39,936 bases of DNA from Utricularia gibba (lineage: Eukaryota > Plantae > Magnoliophyta), in assembly GCA_002189035.1 (NCBI GenBank), contig NEEC01000147.1:1-39936 (forward strand). Direction: 5' to 3'. Under the pieces are notes generated by a model. The model was not told where the DNA came from, searched no databases, and saw nothing but the letters and a program-made list of their open reading frames with translations. Of the stretch, positions 1 through 11,360 are shown piece by piece (positions within the stretch are counted from its first letter, which is position 1; each line of letters opens with the position of its first letter). The position numbers were made by a program, and so were the translations under genes.

Positions 1-412
1 ACCTTACCTTTGTCCCGTTCCAGGTGCACCCAAAGACCGCCTGCTCAAGTATAAAGTAAGTTGTTGAAAAAATCATGTGGGGTGCACGTGACATCATAAT
101 TTAAACAAATGCATCATTTTTTTTAATCGATTTGCATCCAGTTGACCTCATGAGCCATACAGAATCGGGGTCAAGGACCAAGTTCCCAGCGAGACTGGCC
201 GCCACAAACGAGAAGCGGTTCCTTGAAAAACCATGTAGGCAGCCCCCGAAAAACGAACGATAATAATATATCACTTTATTTGCCGGACTACAACTAACTC
301 TCGGTGCAAGCCAACCTTACCTTTGTCCCGTTCCAGGTGCACCCAAAGACCGCCTGCTCAAGTATAAAGTAAGTTGTTGAAAAAATCATGTGGGGTGCAC
401 GTGACATCATAA

Positions 413-728
413 TTTAAACAAATGCATCATTTTTTTTAATCGATTTGCATCCAGTTGACCTCATGAGCCATACAGAATCGGGGTCAAGGACCAAGTTCCC
501 AGCGAGACTGGCCGCCACAAAACGAGAAGCGGTTCCTTGAAAAACCATGTAGGCAGCCCCCGAAAACCGAACGATAATAAATACATCACTTTATTTGCCG
601 GACTACAACTAACTCTCGGTGCAAGCCAAACCTTACCTTTGTCCCGTTCCAGGTGCACCCAAAGACCGCCTGCTCAAGTATAAAGTAAGTTGTTGAAAAA
701 ATCATGTGGGGTGCACGTGATATCGTAA
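413..728. repeat. Representative full-length type-A monomer (316 bp, DraI to DraI)
   Basis: It runs from TTTAAA at 413 to the base before TTTAAA at 729. It matches the majority consensus apart from the tail GATATCGTAA that precedes a B monomer. Hand count of the consensus: A101 C79 G62 T74, 14 CpG. Confidence 0.95.
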
Positions 729-1038
729 TTTAAACAAATGCATCATTGTTTCATTGATTTGTATCCTTTTGTCCTCATGAGCCATAAAGAATCGCGGGCC
801 CGGACCAAGTTCCTAGCAAAACTGGCCGCCACAAAACGAGAAGCGTTCCTTGAAAAACCATGTAGGCAACACCGAAAACCGAACGTTAATAAATACATCA
901 CTTTCTTTGCCGGGCTACAACTTACTTTGGGCCAAGGCCTAAGCTGATCTTTTCCGGTTCCAAGTGCCCCCAAGACCGCCTCCTCATGTATAAAGTATGT
1001 TGTTAAAAAAATCATGTGGGGTGCACTTGACATCGTAA
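729..1038. repeat. Variant monomer B (copy 1)
   Basis: Diagnostics: CATTGTTTCATTGATTTGTATCCTTTTGTCC, GAATCGCGGGCCCGG, TTCCTAGCAAAAC, ACTTACTTTGGGCCAAGGCCTAAGCTGATC, CCTCCTCATGT, GTATGTTGTTAAAA, CACTTGACATCGTAA. Confidence 0.95.
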
Positions 1039-2925
1039 TTTAAACAAATGCATCATTTTTTTTATTCGATTTGCATCCAGTTGACCTCATGAGCCATACA
1101 GAAATGGGTCAAGGACCAAGTTCCCAGCGAGACTGGCCGCCACAAAAACGAGAAGCGGTTCCTTGAAAACCATGTAGGCAGCCCCCCGAAAAACGAACGA
1201 TAATAAATACATCACTTTATTTGCCGGACTACAACTAACTCTCGGTGCAAGCCAACATTACCTTTGTCCCGTTCCAGGTGCACCCAAAGACCGCCTGCTC
1301 AAGTATAAAGTAAGTTGTTGAAAAAAATCATGTGGGGTGCACGTGACATCATAATTTAAACAAATGCATCATTTTTTTTAATCGATTTGCATCCAGTTGA
1401 CCTCATGAGCCATACAGAATCGGGGTCAAGGACCAAGTTCCCAGCGAGACTGGCCGCCACAAAACGAGAAGCGGTTCCTTGAAAAACCATGTAGGCAGCC
1501 CCCGAAAACCGAACGATAATAAATACATCACTTTATTTGCCGGACTACAACTAACTCTCGGTGCAAGCCAAAACCTTACCTTTGTCCCGTTCCAGGTGCA
1601 CCCAAAGACCGCCTGCTCAAGTATAAAGTAAGTTGTTGAAAAAATCATGTGGGGTGCACGTGACATCATAATTTAAACAAATGCATCATTTTTTTAATCG
1701 ATTTGCATCCAGTTGACCTCATGAGCCATACAGAATCGGGGTCAAGGACCAAGTTCCCAGCGAGACTGGCCGCCACAAAACGAGAAGCGGTTCCTTGAAA
1801 AACCATGTAGGCAGCCCCCGAAAACCGAACGATAATAAATACATCACTTTATTTGCCGGACTACAACTAACTCTCGGTGCAAGCCAAACTTACCTTTGTC
1901 CCGTTCCAGGTGCACCCAAAGACCGCCTGCTCAAGTATAAAGTAAGTTGTTGAAAAAATCATGTGGGGTGCACGTGACATCATAATTTAAACAAATGCAT
2001 CATTTTTTTTAATCGATTTGCATCCAGTTGACCTCATGAGCCATACAGAATCGGGGTCAAGGACCAAGTTCCCAGCGAGACTGGCCGCCACAAAACGAGA
2101 AGCGGTTCCTTGAAAAACCATGTAGGCAGCCCCCGAAAACGAACGATAATAAATACATCACTTTATTTGCCGGACTACAACTAACTCGATGCAAGCCAAC
2201 CTTACCTTTGTCCCGTTCCAGGTGCACCCAAAGACCGCCTGCTCAAGTATAAAGTAAGTTGTTGAAAAAATCATGTGGGGTGCACGTGACATCATAATTT
2301 AAACAAATGCATCATTTTTTTTAATCGATTTGCATCCAGTTGACCTCATGAGCCATACAGAATCGGGGTCAAGGACCAAGTTCCCAGCGAGACTGGCCGC
2401 CACAAAACGAGAAGCGGTTCCTTGAAAAACCATGTAGGCAGCCCCGAAAACGAACGATAATAAATACATCACTTTATTTGCCGGACTACAACTAACTCTC
2501 GGTGCAAGCCAACCTTACCTTTGTCCCGTTCCAGGTGCACCCAAAGACCGCCTGCTCAAGTATAAAGTAAGTTGTTGAAAAAATCATGTGGGGTGCACGT
2601 GACATCATAATTTAAACAAATGCATCATTTTTTTTAATCGATTTGCATCCAGTTGACCTCATGAGCCATACAGAATCGGGGTCAAGGACCAAGTTCCCAG
2701 CGAGACTGGCCGCCACAAAACGAGAAGCGGTTCCTTGAAAAACCATGTAGGCAGCCCCCGAAAAGAACGATAATAAAATACATCACTTTATTTGCCGGAC
2801 TACAACTAACTCTCGGTGCAAGCCAAACCTTACCTTTGTCCCGTTCCAGGTGCACCCAAAGACCGCCTGCTCAAGTATAAAGTAAGTTGTTGAAAAAATC
2901 ATGTGGGGTGCACGTGATATCGTAA

Positions 2926-3237
2926 TTTAAACAAATGCATCATTTATTCATTGATTTGTATCCTTTGTCCTCATGAGCCATAAAGAATCGCGGGCCCGGA
3001 CCAAGTTCCTAGCGAAACTGGCCGCCACAAAACGAGAAGCTGTTCCTTGAAAAACCATGTAGGCAACACCGAAAACCGAACGTTAATAAATACATCACTT
3101 TCTTTGCCGGGCTACAACTTACTTTGGGCAAGGCCTAAGCTGATCTTTTTTCCGGTTCCAAGTGCCCCCCAAGACCGCCTCCTCATGTATAAAGTATGTT
3201 GTTAAAAAAATCATGTGGGGTGCACTTGACATCGTAA
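2926..3237. repeat. Variant monomer B (copy 2)
   Basis: Same B diagnostics; 2197 bp (7 monomers) after copy 1. Confidence 0.95.
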
Positions 3238-5119
3238 TTTAAACAAATGCATCATTTTTTTTATTCGATTTGCATCCAGTTGACCTCATGAGCCAGACAG
3301 AAATGGGGTCAAGGACCAAGTTCCCAGCGAGACTGGCCGCCACAAAAACGAGAAGCGGTTCCTTGATAAACCATGCAGGCAGCCCCCGAAAAACGAACGA
3401 TAATAAATACATCACTTTATTTGCCGGACTACAACTAACTCTCGGTGCAAGCCAAACATTACCTTTGTCCCGTTCCAGGTGCACCCAAAGACCGCCTGCT
3501 CAAGTATAAAGTAAGTTGTTGAAAAAATCATGTGGGGTGCACGTGACATCATAATTTAAACAAATGCATCATTTTTTTTAATCGATTTGCATCCAGTTGA
3601 CCTCATGAGCCATACAGAATCGGGTCAAGGACCAAGTTCCCAGCGAGACTGGCCGCCACAAAACGAGAAGCGGTTCCTTGAAAAACCATGTAGGCAGCCC
3701 CCGAAAACCGAACGATAATAAATACATCACTTTATTTGCCGGACTACAACTAACTCTCGGTGCAAGCCAACCTTACCTTTGTCCCGTTCCAGTGCACCCA
3801 AAGACCGCCTGCTCAAGTATAAAGTAAGTTGTTGAAAAAATCATGTGGGGTGCACGTGACATCATAATTTAAACAAATGCATCATTTTTTTTAATCGATT
3901 TGCATCCAGTTGACCTCATGAGCCATACAGAATCGGGGTCAAGGACCAAGTTCCCAGCGAGACTGGCCGCCACAAAACGAGAAGCGGTTCCTTGAAAAAC
4001 CATGTAGGCAGCCCCCGAAAACCGAACGATAATAAATACATCACTTTATTTGCCGGACTACAACTAACTCTCGTGCAAGCCAAACATTACCTTTGTCCGT
4101 TCCAGGTGCACCCAAAGACCGCCTGCTCAAGTATAAAGTAAGTTGTTGAAAAAATCATGTGGGGTGCACGTGACATCATAATTTAAACAAATGCATCATT
4201 TTTTTTAATCGATTTGCATCCAGTTGACCTCATGAGCCATACAGAATCGGGGTCAAGGACCAAGTTCCCAGCGAGACTGGCCGCCACAAAACGAGAAGCG
4301 GTTCCTTGAAAAACCATGTAGGCAGCCCCGAAAACGAACGATAATAAATACATCACTTTATTTGCCGGACTACAACTAACTCTCGGCCAAGCCAACCTTA
4401 CCTTTGTCCCGTTCCAGGTGCACCCAAAGACCGCCTGCTCAAGTATAAAGTAAGTTGTTGAAAAAATCATGTGGGGTGCACGTGACATCATAATTTAAAC
4501 AAATGCATCATTTTTTTTATTCGATTTGCATCCAGTTGACCTCATGAGCCATACAGAATCGGGGTCAAGGACCAAGTTCCCAGCGAGACTGGCCGCCACA
4601 AAACGAGAAGCGGTTCCTTGAAAAACCATGTAGGCAGCCCCCGAAAACGAACGATAATAAATACATCACTTTATTTGCCGGACTACAACTAACTCTCGAT
4701 GCAAGCCAACCTTACCTTTGTCCCGTTCCAGGTGCACCCAAAGACCGCCTGCTCAAGTATAAAGTAAGTTGTTGAAAAAATCATGTGGGGTGCACGTGAC
4801 ATCATAATTTAAACAAATGCATCATTTTTTTAATCGATTTGCATCCAGTTGACCTCATGAGCCATACAGAATCGGGGTCAAGGACCAAGTTCCCAGCGAG
4901 ACTGGCCGCCACAAAACGAGAAGCGGTTCCTTGAAAAACCATGTAGGCAGCCCCGAAACCGAACGATAATAAATACATCACTTTATTTGCCGGACTACAA
5001 CTAACTCTCGGTGCAAGCCAAACCTTACCTTTGTCCGTTCCAGGTGCACCCAAAGACCGCCTGCTCAAGTATAAAGTAAGTTGTTGAAAAAATCATGTGG
5101 GGTGCACGTGATATCGTAA

Positions 5120-5430
5120 TTTAAACAAATGCATCATTGTATTCATTGATTTGTATCCTTTTGTCCTCATGAGCCATAAAGAATCGCGGGCCCGGACCAA
5201 GTTCCTAGCGAAACTGGCCGCCACAAAACGAGAAGCTGTTCCTTGAAAAACCATGTAGGCAACACCGAAAACCGAACGTTAATAAATACATCACTTTCTT
5301 TGCCGGCTACAACTTACTTTGGGCCAAGGCCTAAGCTGATCTTTTTCCGGTTCCAAGTGCCCCCAAGACCGCCTCCTCATGTATAAAGTATGTTGTTAAA
5401 AAATCATGTGGGGTGCACTTGACATCGTAA
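5120..5430. repeat. Variant monomer B (copy 3)
   Basis: Same B diagnostics; 2194 bp (7 monomers) after copy 2. Confidence 0.95.
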
Positions 5431-6683
5431 TTTAAACAAATGCATCATTTTTTTTATTCGATTTGCATCCAGTTGACCTCATGAGCCAGACAGAAATGGG
5501 GTCAAGGACCAAGTTCCCAGCGAGACTGGCCGCCACAAAACGAGAAGCGGTTCCTTGAAAAACCATGTAGGCAGCCCCCGAAAAACGAACGATAATAAAT
5601 ACATCACTTTATTTGCCGGACTACAACTAACTCTCGGTGCAAGCCAAACATTACCTTTGTCCCGTTCCAGGTGCACCCAAAGACCGCCTGCTCAAGTATA
5701 AAGTAAGTTGTTGAAAAAATCATGTGGGGTGCACGTGACATCATAATTTAAACAAATGCATCATTTTTTTAATCGATTTGCATCCAGTTGACCTCATGAG
5801 CCATACAGAATCGGGTCAAGGACCAAGTTCCCGCGAGACTGGCCGCCACAAAACGAGAAGCGGTTCCTTGAAAAACCATGTAGGCAGCCCCCGAAAACCG
5901 AACGATAATAAATACATCACTTTATTTGCCGACTACAACTAACTCTCGGTGCAAGCCAATTACCTTTTGTCCGTTCCAGTGCACCCAAAGACCGCCTGCT
6001 CAAGTATAAAGTAAGTTGTTGAAAAAATCATGTGGGGTGCACGTGACATCATAATTTAAACAAATGCATCATTTTTTTTAATCGATTTGCATCCAGTTGA
6101 CCTCATGAGCCATACAGAATCGGGGTCAAGGACCAAGTTCCCAGCGAGACTGGCCGCCACAAAACGAGAAGCGGTTCCTTGAAAAACCATGTAGGCAGCC
6201 CCCGAAAAGCGAACGATAATAAATACATCACTTTATTTGCCGGACTACAACTAACTCTCGATGCAAGCCATAACCTTACCTTTGTCCCGTTCCAGGTGCA
6301 CCCAAAGACCGCCTGCTCAAGTATAAAGTAAGTTGTTGAAAAAATCATGTGGGGTGCACGTGACATCATAATTTAAACAAATGCATCATTTTTTTTAATC
6401 GATTTGCATCCAGTTGACCTCATGAGCCATACAGAATCGGGGTCAAGGACCAAGTTCCCAGCGAGACTGGCCGCCACAAAACGAGAAGCGGTTCCTTGAA
6501 AAACCATGTAGGCAGCCCCCGAAAACGAACGATAATAAATACATCTTTTTATTTGCCGGACTACAACTAACTCTCGGCAAGCCAACCTTACCTTTGTCCC
6601 GTTCCAAGTGCACCCAAAAACCGCCTGCTCAAGTATAAAGTAAGTTGTTGAAAAAATCATGTGGGGTGCACGTGATATCGTAA

Positions 6684-6995
6684 TTTAAACAAATGCATCA
6701 TTGTATTCATTGATTTGTATCCTTTTGTCCTCATGAGCCATAAAGAATCGCGGGCCCGGACCAAGTTCCTAGCGAGACTGGCCGCACAAAACGAGAAGCT
6801 GTTCCTTGAAAAACCATGTAGGCAACACCGAAAACCGAACGTTAATAAATACATCACTTTCTTTGCCGGGCTACAACTTACTTTGGGCCAAGGCCTAAGC
6901 TGATCTTTTTCCGGTTCCAAGTGCCCCCCAAAACCGCCTCTCATGTATAAAGTATGTTGTTAAAAAAATCATGTGGGGTGCACTTGACATCGTAA
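6684..6995. repeat. Variant monomer B (copy 4)
   Basis: B diagnostics, with the A-type allele GCGAGAC; 1564 bp (5 monomers) after copy 3. Confidence 0.93.
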
Positions 6996-7625
6996 TTTAA
7001 ACAAATGCATCATTTTTTTTTTCGATTTGCATCCAGTTGACCTCATGAGCCAGACAGAAATGGGGTCAAGGACCAAGTTCCCAGCGAGACTGGCCGCCAC
7101 AAAACGAGAAGCGGTTCCTTGAAAAACCATGTAGGCAGCCCCCGAAAAACGAACGATAATAAATACATCACTTTATTTGCCGGACTACAACTAACTCTCG
7201 GTGCAAGCCAAACATTACCTTTGTCCCGTTCCAGGTGCACCCAAAGACCGCCTGCTCAAGTATAAAGTAAGTTGTTGAAAAAATCATGTGGGGTGCACGT
7301 GACATCATAATTTAAACAAATGCATCATTTTTTTTAATCGATTTGCATCCAGTTGACCTCATGAGCCATACAGAATCGGGGTCAAGGACCAAGTTCCCAG
7401 CGAGACTGGCCGCCACAAAACGAGAAGCGGTTCCTTGAAAAACCATGTAGGCAGCCCCCGAAAACCGAACGATAATAAATACATCACTTTATTTGCCGGA
7501 CTACAACTAACTCTCGGTGCAAGCCAAACCTTACTTTGTCCCGTTCCAGGTGCACCCAAAGACCGCCTGCTCAAGTATAAAGTAAGTTGTTGAAAAAATC
7601 ATGTGGGGTGCACGTGATATCGTAA

Positions 7626-7934
7626 TTTAAACAAATGCATCATTGTATTCATTGATTTGTATCCTTTTGTCCTCATGAGCCATACAGAATCGCGGGCCCG
7701 GACCAAGTTCCAGCAAAGACTGGCCGCCACAAAACGAGAAGCTGTTCCTTGAAAAACCATGTAGGCAACCCCGAAAACCGAACGTTAATAAATACATCAC
7801 TTTCTTGCCGGGCTACAACTTACTTTGGGCCAAGCCTAAGCTGATTTTCCGGTTCCAAGTGCCCCCCAAGACCGCCTGCTCATGTATAAAGTAAGTTGTT
7901 GAAAAAATCATGTGGGGTGCACTTGACATCATAA
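7626..7934. repeat. Mosaic B/A monomer (copy 5)
   Basis: Mostly B, but A alleles are interleaved (CCATACAG, CCTGCTC, GTAAGTTGTTGAAA, ATCATAA); 942 bp (3 monomers) after copy 4. Confidence 0.85.
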
Positions 7935-8864
7935 TTTAAACAAATGCATCATTTTTTTTTATCGATTTGCATCCAGTTGACCTCATGAGCCATACAGAAT
8001 GGGGTCAAGGACCAAGTTCCCAGCGACTGGCCGCCACAACGAGAAGCGGTTCCTTGAAAACCATGCAGGCAGCCCCCGAAAAACGAACGATAATAAATAC
8101 ATCACTTTATTTGCCGGACTACAACTAACTCTCGGTGCAAGCCAAACATTACCTTTGTCCCGTTCCAGGTGCACCCAAAGACCGCCTGCTCAAGTATAAA
8201 GTAAGTTGTTGAAAAAATCATGTGGGGTGCACGTGACATCATAATTTAAACAAAATGCATCATTTTTTTAATCGATTTGCATCCAGTTGACCTCATGAGC
8301 CATACAGAATCGGGTCAAGGACCAAGTTCCCAGCGAGACTGGCCGCCACAAAAGAGAACGGTTCCTTGAAAACCATGTAGGCAGCCCCCGAAAACCGAAC
8401 GATAATAAATACATCACTTTATTTGCCGACTACAACTAACTCTCGGTGCAAGCCAAACTTACCTTTGTCCGTTCCAGGTGCACCCAAAGACCGCCTGCTC
8501 AAGTATAAAGTAAGTTGTTGAAAAAATCATGTGGGGTGCACGTGACATCATAATTTAAACAAATGCATCATTTTTTTTAATCGATTTGCATCCAGTTGAC
8601 CTCATGAGCCATACAGAATCGGGGTCAAGGACCAAGTTCCCAGCGAGACTGGCCGCCACAAAACGAGAAGCGTTCCTTGAAAAACCATGTAGGCAGCCCC
8701 GAAAAACGAACGATAATAAATACATCACTTTATTTGCCGGACTACAACTAACTCTCGGTGCAAGCCAAATTACCTTTGTCCCGTTCCAAGGTGCACCCAA
8801 AGACCGCCTGCTCAAGTATAAAGTAGTTGTTGAAAAAATCATGTGGGTGCACGTGACATCATAA

Positions 8865-9173
8865 TTTAAACAAATGCATCATTTTTTTAATCGATTTGCA
8901 TCCAGTTGACCTCATGAGCCATACAGAATCGGGTCAAGGACCAAGTTCCTAGCAAAACTGGCCGCCACAAAACGAGAAGCGTTCCTTGAAAAACCATGTA
9001 GGCAGCACCGAAAACCGAACGTTAATAAATACATCACTTTCTTTGCCGGACTACAACTTACTTTGGGCCAAGCCTACTGATCTTTTTCCGGTTCCAAGTG
9101 CCCCCAAAGACCGCCTCCTCATGTATAAAGTATGTTGTTAAAAAAAATCATGTGGGTGCACTTGACATCGTAA
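8865..9173. repeat. Chimeric A(5')/B(3') monomer (copy 6)
   Basis: A-type through GAATCGGGTCAAGGA (~8940), then largely B-type from TTCCTAGCAAAAC (~8946). It lacks the upstream GATATC marker. Confidence 0.85.
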
Positions 9174-9793
9174 TTTAAACAATGCATCATTTTTTTATTC
9201 GATTGCATCCAGTTGACCTCATGAGCCATACAGAATGGGGTCAAGGACCAAGTTCCCAGCGAGACTGGCCGCCACAAAACGAGAAGCGGTTCCTTGAAAA
9301 CCATGTAGGCAGCCCCCGAAAACGAACGATAATAAATACATCACTTTATTTGCCGGACTACAACTAACTCTCGGTGCAAGCCAAACATTACCTTTGTCCC
9401 GTTCCAGGTGCACCCAAAGACCGCCTGCTCAAGTATAAAGTTGTTGAAAAAATCATGTGGGGTGCACGTGACATCATAATTTAAACAAATGCATCATTTT
9501 TTTTAATCGATTTGCATCCAGTTGACCTCATGAGCCATACAGAATCGGGTCAAGGACCAAGTTCCCAGCGAGACTGGCCGCCACAAAACGAGAAGCGGTT
9601 CCTTGAAAAACCATGTAGGCAGCCCCCGAAAACGAACGATAATAAATACATCACTTTATTTGCCGGACTACAACTAACTCTCGGTGCAAGCCAAACCTTA
9701 CCTTTGTCCCGTTCCAGGTGCACCCAAAGACCGCCTGCTCAAGTATAAAGTAAGTTGTTGAAAAAATCATGTGGGGTGCACGTGATATCGTAA

Positions 9794-10106
9794 TTTAAAC
9801 AAATGCATCATTGTATTCATTGATTTGTATCCTTTTGTCCTCATGAGCCATAAAGAATCGCGGGCCCGGACCAAGTTCCTAGCAAAACTGGCCGCCACAA
9901 AACGAGAAGCTGTTCCTTGAAAAACCATGTAGGCAACCCCGAAAACCGAACGTTAATAAATACATCACTTTCTTTGCCGGGCTACAACTACTTTGGGCCA
10001 AGCCTAAGCTGATCTTTTTCCGGTTCCAAGTGCCCCCCAAGACCGCCTCCTCATGTATAAAGTATGTTGTTAAAAAAAATCATGTGGGGTGCACTTGACA
10101 TCGTAA
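9794..10106. repeat. Variant monomer B (copy 7)
   Basis: Near-complete B diagnostics. Confidence 0.93.
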
Positions 10107-11047
10107 TTTAAACAAATGCATCATTTTTTTTATTCGATTTGCATCCAGTTGACCTCATGAGCCAGACAGAAATGGGGTCAAGGACCAAGTTCCCAGCGAG
10201 ACTGGCCGCCACAAAACGAGAAGCGGTTCCTTGAAAACCATGCAGGCAGCCCCGAAAAACGAACGATAATAAATACATCACTTTATTTGCCGGACTACAA
10301 CTAACTCTCGGTGCAAGCCAAACATTACCTTTGTCCCGTTCCAGGTGCACCCAAAGACCGCCTGCTCAAGTATAAAGTAAGTTGTTGAAAAAATCATGTG
10401 GGGTGCACGTGACATCATAATTTAAACAAATGCATCATTTTTTTTAATCGATTTGCATCCAGTTGACCTCATGAGCCATACAGAATCGGGGTCAAGGACC
10501 AAGTTCCCAGCGAGACTGGCCGCCATAAAACGAGAAGCGGTTCCTTGAAAAACCATGTAGGCAGCCCCCGAAAAGCGAACGATAATAAATACATCACTTT
10601 ATTTGCCGGACTACAACTAACTCTCGATGCAAGCCATACCTTACCTTTGTCCCGTTCCAGGTGCACCCAAAGACCGCCTGCTCAAGTATAAAGTAAGTTG
10701 TTGAAAAAATCATGTGGGGTGCACGTGACATCATAATTTAAACAAATGCATCATTTTTTTTAATCGATTTGCATCCAGTTGACCTCATGAGCCATACAGA
10801 ATCGGGGTCAAGGACCAAGTTCCCAGCGAGACTGGCCGCCACAAAACGAGAAGCGGTTCCTTGAAAAACCATGTAGGCAGCCCCCGAAAACCGAACAATA
10901 ATAAATACATCACTTTATTTGCCGGACTACAACTAACTCTCGGTGCAAGCCAAACCTTACCTTTCGTTCCAGGTGCACCCAAAGACGCCTGCTCAAGTAT
11001 AAAGTAAGTTGTTGAAAAAATCATGTGGGGTGCACGTGATATCGTAA

Positions 11048-11360
11048 TTTAAACAAATGCATCATTGTATTCATTGATTTGTATCCTTTTGTCCTCATGA
11101 GCCATAAAGAATCGCGGGCCCGGACCAAGTTCCTAGCAAAACTGGCCGCCACAAAACGAGAAGCTGTTCCTTGAAAAACCATGTAGGCAACACCGAAAAC
11201 CGAACGTTAATAAATACATCACTTTCTTTGCCGGGCTACAACTTACTTTGGGCCAAGGCCTAAGCTGATCTTTTTCCGGTTCCAAGTGCCCCCCAAACCG
11301 CCTCCTCATGTATAAAGTATGTTGTTAAAAAAATCATGTGGGGTGCACTTGACATCGTAA
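11048..11360. repeat. Variant monomer B (copy 8)
   Basis: Full B diagnostics. About 47 differences from the A consensus by hand alignment (~85% identity). Confidence 0.95.

Noticed and set aside
519-582. Phased A-tracts producing intrinsic curvature
   Set aside because: The A-runs at 519, 540, 563 and 579 are spaced 21, 23 and 16 bp. That is not a sustained 10.5-bp phase; a curvature calculation would be needed.
642-658. CENP-B box (TCCCGTTCCA resembles the reverse complement of part of the box)
   Set aside because: The essential TTCG/CGAA half is missing and the spacing is one base short. The minus-strand TTCGGTTTTCGGG also fails the nTTCGnnnnAnnCGGGn pattern.
609-690. Spliced-leader RNA or U1 snRNA tandem gene (AACTAAC like the kinetoplastid SL start; GTAAGT and minus-strand AAG|GTAAG donors; ACTTACCT like the U1 5' end)
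   Set aside because: These are only isolated 7-10-nt matches. The spacing is wrong, there is no Sm site in the right place, and the rest of each RNA is absent.
693-715. Assignment to grass centromeric satellites (CentC/CentO-like), from the ~158-bp subunit and AAAATCATGTGGGGTG
   Set aside because: These are short matches to sequences recalled from memory, with inconsistent spacing between them. Family and species cannot be assigned without a database search.
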